From assembly GCF_009914755.1 (NCBI RefSeq), contig NC_060933.1: a stretch of 64,000 nucleotides of DNA; one strand, 5' to 3'. Made by a program: the position numbers and the translations under genes. The notes beneath the pieces are model-generated. The model searched no databases and was not told the origin of the DNA. It saw only the letters and a program-made list of their open reading frames with translations. This DNA comes from the human T2T-CHM13v2.0 reference genome, Homo sapiens. This document shows, piece after piece, positions 39,980 to 55,168 of this stretch (position 1 is the stretch's first letter; the number at the start of each line of letters is the position of its first letter).

Positions 39980-42900
39980 ATTTATTTTAAAATCAGAGGC
40001 TCTTCTTGTATACATTTCAAGTGGGTTAAACTTTGAGTCTTTTGGTACTAAATAAATATTTTTAAGTTGATAAACTTATTAGTAGAGTTGTGTTCAGAGG
40101 GCTCTTGTGATACTGAGAAAAATCACCCTCTCCTATAATGCCCTGGCAGAGCACATGATGCTTCCAATTATTTCAAAGGGTTTCAGAAAACTGCAAGATA
40201 CTTCTCATCTCACATTAAATGTTTTCAAATTTTGAAGTCATAAAAATTTATAGTGCTCAAATCACATAAATAATCACCTCCAAAAAGGATGAGGCGGGAG
40301 AGGTCACTGTTTTAAGAAAACTGGAGAATCTTATAAGGGCCCCTATAGGCTGTCATTAGGAAGAGAGAGAATTTGAAATATTTTACACAAAAACAGGCAG
40401 CAATAAAGAAAACCAAAAGCTACAAAAATATATGGCTGTGCAAGAAAGAAAATCTAACATTTTAGCTGCAAATAAACATTCTACCTAGTGATAACAATAA
40501 ACAATATTCACTGATTTTCAACTTTTGGAAACTAATCTACTCAGCTCCACCACTTGCTAAGTGCCTTAAATTTTCTTGTCAGTAAAATGAGGACCATAAT
40601 ATTACCACAATATTACCTATACCACAAAGTGAGCCTAATGATTACAAAAGCTTAATATATGTAAAGTACCTATGTCTGTATATGTGTGTGCTTTATAAAT
40701 AACATGTATATGCAATGTGGCCGGGCACAAAGCAGGAACTATGTGAGTGCTTTCTATTACTACCACCACCACTAGTGCAGACAAGCACAGAAGACTTAAC
40801 ATTTTATTACATAGCACAATGTTATCAACCCTTACAACGTAAGTGTCTGAACAGAAGAGAAGGGAAATAACTTTAGGATAACCTGAACTTGAGAATCAAG
40901 GGACATTGTCCATAGTTGGTGAGCCAACTAATATAGTTCTACATTAAACATCTAGAAAGTTATAAAGGTATCCAAGAGATCAATTTAAAATGGTGTCATA
41001 TTAGGTGTCATTAAAATGGTATAATATGGAGCAAATGGGTTAGATTCTCATGTAAAAATAGCAGCATAGCATATAGTTAGGAAACTCTGGACATTCACCT
41101 TAGAATTTAAATATAGAAACAGTTAAAGTGGTTCCTTCCAGAAAGTCGGAAGGAGGTTCAGGAAGATTAGAACATAGGACTTCTACTTTTTGTTAAACAC
41201 TTCGCTATTTTTTTCAGCCATGTAAATATCTTCGACTTCACAAATGTACTTTATCCTCTTCCTTTTCATGCACTCATTTGCACTTTAGAGACTTTGTGAA
41301 ATACATTTTGCATTAGAAAAATAAAAAGATAAATGATTCAACAATGTGACTAGTATCATTCTATGTTTTAAAAACACTTCAATTTTCCTTCTGATGTCAT
41401 TTGTTATCTTACTGTTTTCGAGCAAACTACAATCAAGCATCAATCTACAGACGTAGCTTCTTACTAAGATTGCACTTTGAGTTATATACATTTAGCTTAC
41501 ATCATTAATAAGATGAAAAAAATCTACAAATTATATTTATAATTGAGAAATAGAAACACATGAAAAAATTTATTTCAACTATGAAGAGAAAAGAATAAGT
41601 AGTAAATTTTCATTTGCCCAGCCTTTTGTTCTAAAGAATTTAAGGTAAACCCAATAAATATTTTTTAATATTAAAAATATCCTGAAGTACTGTATTTGCA
41701 CTTAAATGAAGCTTAAGTGTAAAGTACTGATTGGCAAAAATATTTAATATTTTACAAAATAATATTTTAAATAGACAAAATATATAATGCCCTTTTTTCC
41801 TCAAATGACTATGACTTGTTTCAGCTATGTTGTACGTGCTATAAAATCCTTTTGTTTCAGAATCCAATTTCATTTAAAATTCTCCTATTTATATATACTC
41901 CCTGACTTGCTATGGCTTAAGTTCTAAATCATAGTTAAGTACTACTGACTGTAAGTTATATTTAGAAGACTGTAGTTTCAAGTAAACTTCTGCCTATCTT
42001 TGTGGTTTGAAACTAAAAATTTGAAGTAATATTTATATCACTTCTCTTTCTAGGTTTTTGTATATTTAGCTTTGTACAGTTCCTGCTTTATTAAACCAGC
42101 TTAAAAACACATTGGCCAGATCATTCCAGCCTTCTCTCTTAGTACTAGCTTGATTTCTGATAATTAGCCTTGATAAATAATCGTTAAATAACAGAGAATA
42201 GCCAATCTTCAGATTATATTACTAATCACAAATAATGGCTGGAAGTATAAAATGAAAAACAGTACCTGACACACACAAATTTAATAAATATACTGCATAA
42301 ATAAAAGCCCAAAGAGATGCAACTGAACAATGGGAAAATATAATCAGGTTTATGCTATCTTGTTACCTTCTCTCAGTAGTTATTTTATACATATTTATGA
42401 GGTCTCCAGCATACGCAAAGGAATATGCTGAAACTGTTAAATACTATGGCTTTGCAGAAAACAACTCGTCTAATTTGGGCAATATGGTGGACTCTTTGGG
42501 AGTTCTTACTATGATACAACTAGATATTAGATAATTACAACAAAACTTCATTGCTGGGCCGTTAAAAAAATAAAGAAAAAGTTCAAGAATCAAGAGTATA
42601 TGAAAGAGAAATAGAAACATAAAAGGCAGGCCATAAAATGTGAACTACAATCACTCATGAAAGATGGGGTTGCCCTAAGGACACACGCATGACTGTGTTC
42701 TCCTGGGTCTCTAAAGACCAAACCTGGGCCCTATAGCACATTTGGAGACCTAAACCTCAGAGTCTCAACAGAAACCAAGAAGAAGCCTTTACAAATCTGC
42801 TGTTGGGGAAAAATACTCTGAATTCAGGTCTCAGGATTCCCAATGTTCACCTAAATCAAATACGAATTCGCGATTTAAAAATATTCCTGAACACAAAGAA

Positions 42901-43508
42901 ACAAGCCACCATGATGTGAGGTAAAAGGACCTTAAAGACTTACTATAGGGAAATCATCAAATGCAGACTATAAATAACTATATATGAAGTATAAAAAGGA
43001 AAAACACTGGAATCCAAAAAGCGACCAAGCAATAAGAAATTAATAAGAATGACTGGGCCACTGAAAAGAAACAAATACGACTTTAAGAAATGAAAAAAAA
43101 AAAACACTGTTGGAATCAATATCTCAATGGACTAGTTAAACAGCGGACTGAACACAGCTGAAAAGAATTAGTGAACTGGAAGATAAATATGAATAAACTG
43201 CCATAATACAAAGACACAAGAAAATGGGAAATATAAAAGCTATTAAGATACATGGAGAACAGAATAAAAATAACAAATATCAAATTAGAGACCCAGAAAG
43301 AATAAAGAACATAGGGACACAATGGTGGAAATTTTCCAAATATGATCAAAGTCATGAATCTACAGATAAACCAAGTATAGTATAAAAATAATATACATAA
43401 ATTAAAAGGAATTTAATCCTAGACACATTGTACTAAAAATGAAGAACACCAAAACAAAAAAACTATAAAGACAGTAAGAAACAAGAGATCATGTATTAAA
43501 AAAAGAGC

Positions 43509-43910
43509 TAGTGGTACACTGGTGCCAGCTAATAGAGGCTTGACTGGGAGCCAGCTGTTAAATTTTTAGGAATTTTTTTCAGCCAGTTTTTAAACAGTAA
43601 ATGCACTGTATAAATTAAACAAGACTATTATTTTATATAATATAAAATTGCAAGCAGAGAAATATTAAAAGCAGTGGTAATTAATAATCAAAACTCAGCA
43701 CTTTCTAATTAGTTTACTACATATTATTATTTGCTGTTTTCTTGAGGTAATTCTCTCTGTTGCATAGGATGGCAGAAATAATTCATAACTGTATGTTCTT
43801 TCCAACTTTGCAATAACTGATATAATACGGTGAGAGTATTTCCACCACACAAATAAGTAAACACTAAAAATCATGACTTTTTCCCTCAGAAAGATAGTTG
43901 CTAAACATCA
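43509..43910. mobile_element. MER63-like hAT DNA transposon
   Basis: tagtggtacactggtgccagct...gagccagctgttaaatttttaggaatttt...agccagtttttaaaca resembles the MER63 5' end. Confidence 0.6.
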
Positions 43911-44865
43911 GAAAAACCCTAAATCAGACTTACACCAGACTTCACAAAAACAATAGAAAAATATTTTCAAATATTGAAAGGAAGTAAGTAAAAACCTAGA
44001 ATTGTAAAACCAGAAAAAACACTTTCAAAATAGGGGCAATAATCAAAACTTTATAGATTAACACAAACTGAGTGTTTACTAACAGGAGCCTTTTAGTAAA
44101 AGAACATCCACAGGATTTATATCAGGAATAAGGAAAACTAGTTTAAGAAGACATTATGGTAATATAATTATGCTAAAATTTAAAAACGTTTTAATGTTTT
44201 TAAAAAAACTGTATATATTTGGAATTATAAAAATATACTTCAATAATTTTCAGGTTAAAGAAGAAATTAAAATAAAAATTTTCAACTTCATCACATTGAA
44301 TGATAAAGAAAATGCTACATTAATTTTGTGGAATTAAAATAGGACTTGAAAAAATTTTAGCCACCAATCCTCGTCTGTGAAGAAAATGATGGATGATAAA
44401 TGCACAGAAGAATAATAAACTCAAGCAAAAGAAAGACTACAAAGATTTTTGTAACCCTAATAAAACAGTCAACAAAGCCTAAGGAAAGAACTTTGAAAAG
44501 AACTAATAAAATTCACAGTCCTCACTGAAAGACTGAATTAAAACAAAGGAGAGAAAGCGTAAATACAGCATAGGAAGAAAAAAATAAGAAAACATCTACA
44601 AGTATAGCACAGATAAAACAGATAAGAATATATCATAAATAATTTTATTGCAACAAATGTGAAAGCAAACCTTGGGAAAAATGTAACTTACCAAAGCTGA
44701 CTCCCCCAAAAAAATAAAAATTAGGAAGAATCCTGTATTAATATCAGATAAGTAGTTTGAAATCTTCCTACAAAGAAAACATCAAGCCCACAGGGTTTTA
44801 GAAGCAAGTTCTAGGAAAAGATAATTTTAACGTTAAAGAAACTCTTCTAAAGAATAGAAAAGACA

Positions 44866-45170
44866 GGCAGGTATGGTAGTTCATGCCTGTAATCCCTGTG
44901 GTTTTAGGAGGCCAAAGTGGGAAGAGTGCTCTCTTGAGGCCAGAAGTTCAAGACCAGCCTGGGCAATATAGCAAGACCCCACTGCTAAAAAAGATTTAAA
45001 AATTAGCCAGGCATGGTGGCACACACCTATAGTCCTAGCTAATCAGCAGGCTGAGGCAGGAGAATCCCTTGAGCCCAGGAGTTGGAGGCTGAAGTGAGCC
45101 ATGACTGCACCACTGCACTCCAGCCTGGGCAACAGGGTGACACCCTGTCTCTTAAAAAACTAATAATAAT
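44866..45170 (+). mobile_element. AluJ
   Basis: Full dimer with a (TAA)n tail. Confidence 0.88.
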
Positions 45171-46991
45171 AGAGAAAAGGAAACATATTTTATTTCCTGT
45201 GGTTAATATTATCAAAGCAACAAATCCTACCAAGAAGAGTAAGAAAAAGAAGCATATGGCCTAATCTAACTCAAGAATATAAATGCAAAAATTTTTGAAT
45301 AGAATATTAGCATAACTAATCCAATTGTAGGGGGGAAAAAAAGGAAAAAAATCTAATAGACCAAAACCACATTGGGTTTAATCCCAAAATTCAAGAGTAC
45401 TTTGGCGTGACAAAAATGCTTGTCAAGCACTACATTAACAGATTAAAGGAGAACAAAACCATCTGTTCATCTCAATAGATACTGAAACGTTTTCTGATAA
45501 AATCAAAAATTCATCCATGGTTTTTCAAAAAATGAAAACAAACAAAATTCCTTACAAACATGACTAGGAGATAAATTCCTTAACTTGAAAAAGAGTAGCT
45601 ACCAAAGTCCCATGGAGACAACCTTCTAAATAGCAAATTATTAGAATCAGTCCCTTTGTAATCAGTTTTTACTGGTATTCCTACTAACTCAGGACTGCAA
45701 AATGCACTGGGGGGAAAAGGATAGGAAAATTGGAAATAAGACAGGTATGTGTCATTATTCACATTTAATTGTCCACACAGAAATACAAAAGGATCTGTAA
45801 AGAATTAATAAGTTTAGTAAGATGTTAGAAGTCATATCAATATCCTAAGGTAGACTGCATATTTACACATCAGGAACAAACAGGAAACATTTAATATTAA
45901 TAATAGCAAAACAAAATATAAAGTAGCTAGGAATAAATAAAGCATAAAACTACACAGATACTTTAAAGACATTAAATAACATTTAAATAAACTCATTGAG
46001 AAACTAGGTTCATAGATGAGAATATTCTTCAACCACAGATTCAATGTAATTTCAATTCAAATCTCAACAGTTTTTCAGAGAACTTACACTGAGTCTAAAA
46101 TGTATATGAAGAAAAAAATGATCTACTAGAACTTGTTACATTATATAGCCAACCTCTTTATGAAATGATAGTAATTACAACATTGTAGTATTGCTACAGA
46201 GATCAACAAACTGATCAATGGAACAGAAATGTACACCCTTCCAAACAGACTCATAAATATTTTAAAAGCTGATGCTTGACATGGCGGATCATTGATAAAA
46301 GCATAGACAACGCAATAAAACATGCTGGAGCTGGTTTCCTATATAGGAAAACATTTAAATTAGACTCTTACCTCATACATACATAAAATCAATTCCAGAT
46401 ATTTGAAAATATTTCAATGTTAGACAAAACTTCTAAAACTTTTCAGAAAATTCAGGAGAATATCTATATGACCTTGGTATAGGAGAATATACTAAATGGG
46501 ACATTAAAAAGAACTAACTATTTTAAAAATCTGATCACATTAAGAATTTGTTTATCAAAAGATACCATAAAGTAAAAAAGCCACTAACTGAGAAAACTAG
46601 GAAAATATGTCAATAGTAAATAGAAACAACAATGAACTCCTATCTCCAGGATATTAAAAGACCTCTAATAAGTAAATAGAAAAATAAGTGGAAGACATGA
46701 ACAAACATTTCACAGAATAAGAAACATGAATGGCCAATGAAATATATGTTCAGCTTCATTAATGAACATATAATCACTGCAATGCAAAATAAGAGAATAA
46801 TGATACAACTTTATGTGCTTACTAAATGTGCATAGATGAACAAGTCTGACAAGAAAATAGAACAATGAGATCTCTTTTACATGCTGACATGAGACTCTAA
46901 ATTGCTATAACTATTATATAAAATAAACCAAGGCTAAATAGGTGACTGCTCTATGACCCAGCAATTTTATTCATAGGTATACAATATAAGA

Positions 46992-47179
46992 CAGCATTTC
47001 TCTGAATGTAGTCGGCAGACCAGCAATATTAGTATTACCTAGATGCTTATTAGAAATTTATATTTTTAGGCCCCACCCTAGACCTACTAAATAAGAATCT
47101 CTGCAGCTGGGCCCAGGAGTCCTCATGTTTCTTAATTCTCCAGGTAATTCTCATGTACCCTAGAGTTTGGGAACCACTG
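46992..47179. mobile_element. MER5A-like hAT MITE
   Basis: ttagaaat...aggccccaccctagacctactaaataagaatctctg...gggcccagga...ctccaggtaattctcatg...agtttgggaaccactg. Confidence 0.8.
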
Positions 47180-48979
47180 AGTTACAGCAGTATTATTCAA
47201 ACAGAACTGGTTTAGGTAAGGCTGGAAAGCAATATAGTAGACTCCATAATTGTTTATAAGTCAACCAGTACAAAATTAAATAGACTGAATTCCATGTAGT
47301 AAAGGTTAAGCATGGTTTATGAAACTTTTGTCTCATTTGTCCATGCATATTTATTTATGTATATGGGTACTTGATCATTATGGAAAACCGGTTTCTTACT
47401 ATGGGTCACGGTCATAAAAGTCTGAAATCTAATGCCCTACAGAAACTCTTGCATGGGTATACTAGACATATGCACAAAAAGGTTCATAATTGCAAAACCA
47501 AATAAAAAGGGGTAATCTAGATATCTAGATAACAAGACAATGAATACACAACTCATGATATAATCACTCTTTGGACTATGCACAGCAGTGAAATAGACAA
47601 TAATAAAGACAAATCTTATAATGCTGAATAAATAAAGCAAGTCAAAGTCATAAAAAATACATATACTATTATACCATTTTCATAACAATAAAAAATAAGC
47701 AAAGATGAGCAAACAAACATACATTTATGGTAAAACCATGTTTAAAAGCTCAAGAAACTTTAGGAAGGTAATTATATCGAGAGAAGGCAAAGGAATCGAG
47801 TGAGAGGCATATACAGATAGTTAGAGTGGTTTGTAATATAACATTTTTATTATAAGAAAAATTCAAAATTCCTGATGTCAAAATCTTCTAGTCTAGGAAG
47901 AGAAATTCACATTCAAATTCAGCAGATACTTATTTATTAGCTGCTATGAGCAAAACACAAACACAGTGTCTCATTTAATCTTCTTAAAGAGTCCTGTGCG
48001 GTAAGTACTTGATAAAGAATAGGCAATCAAGTATGTGCTCAGTGAATAAATGCTTGAATAATTTTATAATATTAAAAGAGACAGAGTTTGATTATATAGT
48101 ATTATAGTTCTACTGACAGGAGTTAAATGAAATAACATAACTTTAAAGAGTTACTAATATATTCTTACCTTTTTTTACCTTATATTACTTATTACCAAAA
48201 GTATAATGAGAAAAATATTCAAGTCAAATCACTTTTTTCTATGGAAGTATTATATTGCTGGTCAAAGGTGTACAAACTAACAAACCGTAGGGCAGAATTA
48301 GCTGATACGTAACTTCAGCAATACCCCTTTGTCCTAATACGTGGAGTTAGCTCTATGTGCGGCACATACAGGGTGGGGGGAAAAAGCAGAGCTGTCCTAA
48401 TATAGAAAAAGAAGTCACCAAGGCTGGAAAAAAAATCGCTTTTTTTTTCAGTCTATGCACTTTAATAAGAACAACAGTTTAAAAGTGCAAAATCAAAATC
48501 TTTTTGTTCATTGAATACATATCGGCGTAAACAAACACACTTGGGAAACGGCTGCCTTACAAAATTATTTCCATCCTTCACAAAAAACTATTTCCCTTCA
48601 CAGAGCTCCTACATATGTATGCTTTTGTTTTTAAATTTTGATTCACTGTTGTATCTCTCCAGCACCTGGACTAATGGCTGACCCTAAAAGGCACATAATA
48701 AGTATGTGCCTTTGAATGAATGTATACATTTATTGAGTATTTACTATACAGTAGGCACCTGGGGATACCACATCAAATATATTATAGTCCCCATCCACTT
48801 GGAGCTAACGCAAGTGATGAAATTATGCCTTTTTGCCCCCTTAACAATTCAGTCCAAAAGCTCTTATGTCGGGCCAAGCAAAGTAGGCAACGGTGAGGAG
48901 GAACGGCTACAGGTGGAGAGACACCCGTACAGGGGCTGGGAGCCACCAAAAGGGCCTGCTCTTCGGAGAAATGCTGAAT

Positions 48980-50200
<1,221 letters not shown>

Positions 50201-50979
50201 TAAGTAAATAGTATTTGGGGAAGCCCCACATCTCAATCTATGCACAGTGGACTAAGGGACTCTGGGAAGGGCACTGAAATCAGAGGATGTCTTCAAGGGG
50301 CCTTCAGTCTGTTTCAATTTGCTCCACTTGGCTGTCTCTTCAAGGACCCATAACATACTGTGCAGACCTAAATTGCACCATATTATCCTAAGAGGAATCG
50401 AAATGCCATCCTGAAAGGAACAAAGGCTTCCTTATACAAATTAGTTGATCTGTTAGCTAAATCAAGCCTTTTCTAATAAAAGGAAAGGCAGTGGTTTTCT
50501 CTCAAAAATGCCAAATGAGGTTGTTCTTCTATCTATATCACACACAAAAACAGAGCAAACAAAAAACAAGCATAATCTGAAGCCTTCAGTTCATCTCCTC
50601 TCAACTAAAATATATTGTCTCGGTTGCAGAAAAAAGACAATAAACTTGTAATATAAATTCAAAGGTGTATTTGGGAAAAACATTTCCACATCTTGTTGGG
50701 AAAATCAGCTTCACTTAGGATTTGTTGTAGAAACAAGACAATTTTACACACATGCACTTTGATCATCTGATGATTTACACAAAAGATCAGCATTCTTAAA
50801 AAAAAATGTTGTTTTTGCCATCCTTAGTCTTTAGAGACTCAGAGCCTGCCTGGAGTGGGATGGGGAATGGAGTCCAATAAAAAAGCTTCTGGCACCCCAC
50901 TAAAAGAAGCAGATGTCTGAGTACCACAGCTTTTTCTCCTGAAAGCACATGAGGGCGGCCTGGACTGGTGGCTGTGAAT

Positions 50980-51126
50980 TTGTTTTGTTTTCCTTCTTTC
51001 TTTCTTTTTTAGAGACAGGGTCTCAGTATGTTACCCAGGCTAGACTCGAACTCCTGGGCTCCAGCAATCCTCCTGCCTCAGCCTCCTTAGTAGCTGGGAC
51101 TACAGGTGCTCACCACCACACCCAGT
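50980..51126 (-). mobile_element. FLAM monomer
   Basis: T-rich tail plus a single Alu arm. Confidence 0.8.
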
Positions 51127-54100
51127 GTTTTTTAAAAAAAAGAAGAAACTGAGGTAGATTATTCCAATCCTATTAAAAGATGAGAATTTATTATCCCTTA
51201 AAAGTTGACCAAGGGTTAAGGCTTGATAGAAAGCAAAACAACTCAGTGATCTTTCACTATATACCCAAAATCTGGCATTAAGTGTGGCCCACAGTAGGTA
51301 CTCAAATACTTCAAAATGAAAAGTATTTATATGTCCTCCAGATAAGGCAAGCACTAAGCTAAAAAATGCCTCTTGGAAGGACATTTTTATTTTTGTTTAT
51401 TTATACACTCCGAGCTATGTAGGCAGAAAGTGGGAGGTGTAAGGATGGTATCTGAAGGAAAAAGGAGTACGGGAAGACTTAGGAAGGTCCTCTCGAACTT
51501 GATTTTCAGAAGCAAAAGAAATTAGTTTTGTATAGGGAACTTCAATCTATGAAGCAGAAACAAAAGAATAAAAATCTTCTGCCAGAAGTCTTCCAGGACT
51601 TGAAAAGCATCTTGGATTTCCTGAGCCTGTCTTATCGGTCCTAGATTCAAATATTCTCAACCATTTTTAGATCATAAATGCTAAGGACTGTACACGCATG
51701 GCGGGGTAGTGGAATATGACTATAAAGAGGCCAAAGTAGCTCCCCCAGAGAAAAGGTAGCAAAGTCAGCCACGGTAAACTAATTCTATTAAAGGGTACTA
51801 CCATCCTACTTTCCTACCCTGAGCGGAAAATCTTTTAATATCTAAGCACTCAAAGAATCACAATACCCCATGGCTTACTTGTATCTCTACTTTCAAAACC
51901 CTGGTAGATTACAGTTATTTCTTGACTTTATGATAGGCTTTTTCATATGCTGATTAATGTTGCATTAACCATTTTTAGACCACATATAAAGTCATGCATA
52001 ACCTTGCTGTTCAACTGAGTAAAAGAAAAACTCCAAAAATTATGATTGCCTCTTAACTTACAGAAAATGCAAACTTAACCAATCCCCACAGATAGGTTGA
52101 TGCTGGCTTTAAAAAGTTTAGGGGAAAGGGATTTCTAATTATCATATTCTCCACATAAATTGTATTTTCAGAAGCAAGAGAAATACAGGAAACTTTAGTC
52201 TACAAAGCAATAAACAAAAATATGAAGTCCGTTGCTGCCAACCAGTGAACTGCTTCACTGGCAGTTTACCCAAGTTGTCTTCAGAAAGGAGACTCATGCA
52301 AGATTGCTCCATTGGTCCTAATGCAACTAAGAGAAGTGGCCCTGGGGATTTTTATTTTTTAATTCTTTGTCTTCTTTTCATTGCATTTCCAAAAAGAAAG
52401 CTAATATCACTATGTGTAACCGTAGAAAGAATATGCAAGAACAATGAACAAAAACCCTGACTCAGCTATCTCTTGCTTGACTGATTTCAGTATTTGATGC
52501 CTTAGTTTACTCATCTGTAAAATGGTGACCTTGACCTATTATATCAAAGAATTTCATCAGCTACAAAACTGTATGATTTACTCATTTTATAGCCATAAAA
52601 ATACACCCTGATCCACATGCCCAGAATCTAAATGTATTAAAAATAATGAAAGTGTTCATGGGTTTTTCCTAAACAGCAGTCACTGTGCTAATCATTTCTC
52701 ATGCATTATCTCAAGTCATCCTCACAACTACTATATCCTGGTAGATGGTACCAACACCTCATTTTACAAATGAGCAAACAGACTGATAGAGATTAGTAAT
52801 GTGCCCAAAGACACACAGCTACTAAGCACCAATACCAGCATTTGAAAAAAAGGGCTGTGCTATGAGTCTGCCTTTCTAACTGTTATGCTGTATCCATTGC
52901 ATTAAAAAAAAATCAAGATCAGTATGCAGAAAATTGAGCAGTGAGAAAGTTACTACACATCTCAATTTCTATAGGTGTCACTATTATCTTTAAGGCTGAT
53001 CAATCCAAAGTAGTTTAACCTAAGACCTGTGAGACATTCACATTCTATGTTGCTCTGCAGTACAGAGGCACATACATCTGATGTCAAGCTATTTTCATTT
53101 TAAAAAGGTAAATCAGAATAAAGGTTTAATTACAGCTTTTTTTAATTAAAAAAGAAAAATAAACTGAAGCCAAAATTAAGTGTACGTATATAAGCCACAA
53201 AAATATCTTCCAGAAAAAAATAAAAAAGAAGAGATTTCAGATAAAATGATCCCAGGGGTTGGTGTGTATAGAGAAGTAAAGAAGCTCAAGAAACCTGACC
53301 CTGGGAGAGGGTGTAGTGGACGAAAGAAGCCAATCCCTTCTCTCAAGAGTAGGAACAGAAATCTAGGAAGAAAAAATACAAAGGGGACGTAAGAGAAATG
53401 ACTCAACTAGAAGTAGTTCTAGCCCTGGCCCTGAGACCCATATGAAGAGCCAAATCAGATAAAGTACATCTTAAAACTGGAACATAGTAGAAGGTATTTT
53501 TATTAATGCTGATCTAGAATATTCCTGATTTAGAGCTCACTGATGATCTCTTTGCCAAAGTATTCAGAGCTCAAAATCATCAGAAAGGAAAATTCCACTT
53601 CACTTAATCTTTACTTTAAAAAAACAATAAATAACTATCTTTTGTGTGAAATTCCCTACAGCAAGGGCTACATTATTCAGCTGGTCCTCTAGTTTTTGTA
53701 GCCATGTTCTTTCAAAGGATTAGCTTGGTCTCATAGTCACTGGCATTTGAAACCCCTGGTTTAGCAAAACAGTCTTATCAAAAGTTTTTGCTCCCTATGC
53801 TTAAACCAGACCTTTATAGATATCTATGAATGCTGGACAATAGTGTTATAAGCTAAAAGCACAAAGCAGAGTGGCAGAATGAGAGGTCAAGCTAAACCTT
53901 TGAAAGAACATGACTATTCAAAACCAGAACACTCTGATAACAAATTTTCAAGAAAGATGTATTTATTATTTCTCCAGATAACTCTGTCTAGACTATATCA
54001 AACAAGATAGCTTTAACATCAAAATCACCTTTTTTATGAACCTATAAATAGTGCCACTGCAAATGGTTGTCCAGATGGTACCCTGCATAGGAAGTGTGGC

Positions 54101-54199
54101 CAATGGGATGAGGATTAGCTGAAATTCAGCTACACTATGCTAGCCATGCCATGCTCCTTGGGCTGGGGTGTTATAGAGTGGGGAGAGGTAGCAGCACTT

Positions 54200-54503
54200 T
54201 ACTTATTTATTTAGAGACAGGGTCTTGCTCTGTCACCAAGGCTGGGGCTGTAGTGCAGTAACAGAAATTATAACTCACTGGAGCCTCAAATTCCTGGGCT
54301 CAAGCGATCCTCCTACTTCAGCCTCCTGAGCAGCTAGGACTATAGAGGTTTGTCACTACACCAAGCTAATTTTATTTTATTTTACTTTATTTTATTTTTT
54401 GTAGAGACAGGTCTCACTCTGTGGCCCAGGTTGGTCTCAAACTCCTGGCCTCAAGTGATCCTCCTGCCCCAGTCTCCCAAAATGCTGGGATTATAAGCAT
54501 GAC
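54200..54503 (-). mobile_element. AluJ
   Basis: Reverse-oriented dimer. Confidence 0.87.
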
Positions 54504-54856
54504 ATTTATTTTTAATTTGCCCAAAGACACAATGGTCACCATACGCATGGACTTCTGTCTATATTACCCATATAAATTCCTATCTTAAGTCACCACAAGT
54601 TCATGTAAAGGCTGATATTTGTAAGGCCAACTAAATTTTTATTTTACTTCATTTTACTCTAACTGTAGTTGATTGGACCAGTTTGTTTCATGAATAGGGA
54701 TCCTTATCTCACTCAATCTGTCCATTATTTTACCATTTCACACTACCCACAGGCCCACAATGTACCCTATAGTGAAAGGGAAGGTGTGAATCATATTTGC
54801 AAAGACAAGCTGCAAAATCTACACCTGCAATAATCTATATTAAATTACAAATCTTA

Positions 54857-55168
54857 GGCCAGGTGCGGTGGCTCACATCTGTAATCCCAGCACTTTCGGA
54901 GCTGAGGTGGGCAGATCATTTGAGGTCAGGAGTTCAAGACCAACCTGACCAACACGGTGAAACCCCGACTCTACCAAAAAAATACAAAAATCAGCTGGAC
55001 GTGGTGGCGTACATCTGTAGTCCCAGCTACTCAGGAGACTGAGGCAGGAGAATCCCTTGAACCCAGGAGGCAGAGGCTGCAGTTATCCGCGATGGCACCA
55101 CTATATTCCAGCTTGGGTGACAGAGCAAGACTCCATCTCAAAAACAAAAACAAAAACAGAAACAAAAT
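54857..55168 (+). mobile_element. AluS
   Basis: Full dimer, (CAAAAA)n tail, TSD-like ttacaaatctt/ttacagatctt. Confidence 0.9.

Larger units (their letters stand above)
42560..47830 (+). mobile_element. Long decayed L1M (ORF1, ORF2 and 3'UTR remnants) with nested MER63-like, AluJ, MER5A and hAT elements
   Basis: ORF1-like gaattagtgaactggaagata; ORF2-like catctcaatagatactgaaacgttttctgataaaat, agattcaatgtaatttcaattcaaatc, aaattagactcttacctcatac; 3' ctatgacccagcaatttt. Confidence 0.75.

Noticed and set aside
42560-47830. Potentially active L1
   Set aside because: Heavily decayed, no long ORF, and interrupted by several later insertions
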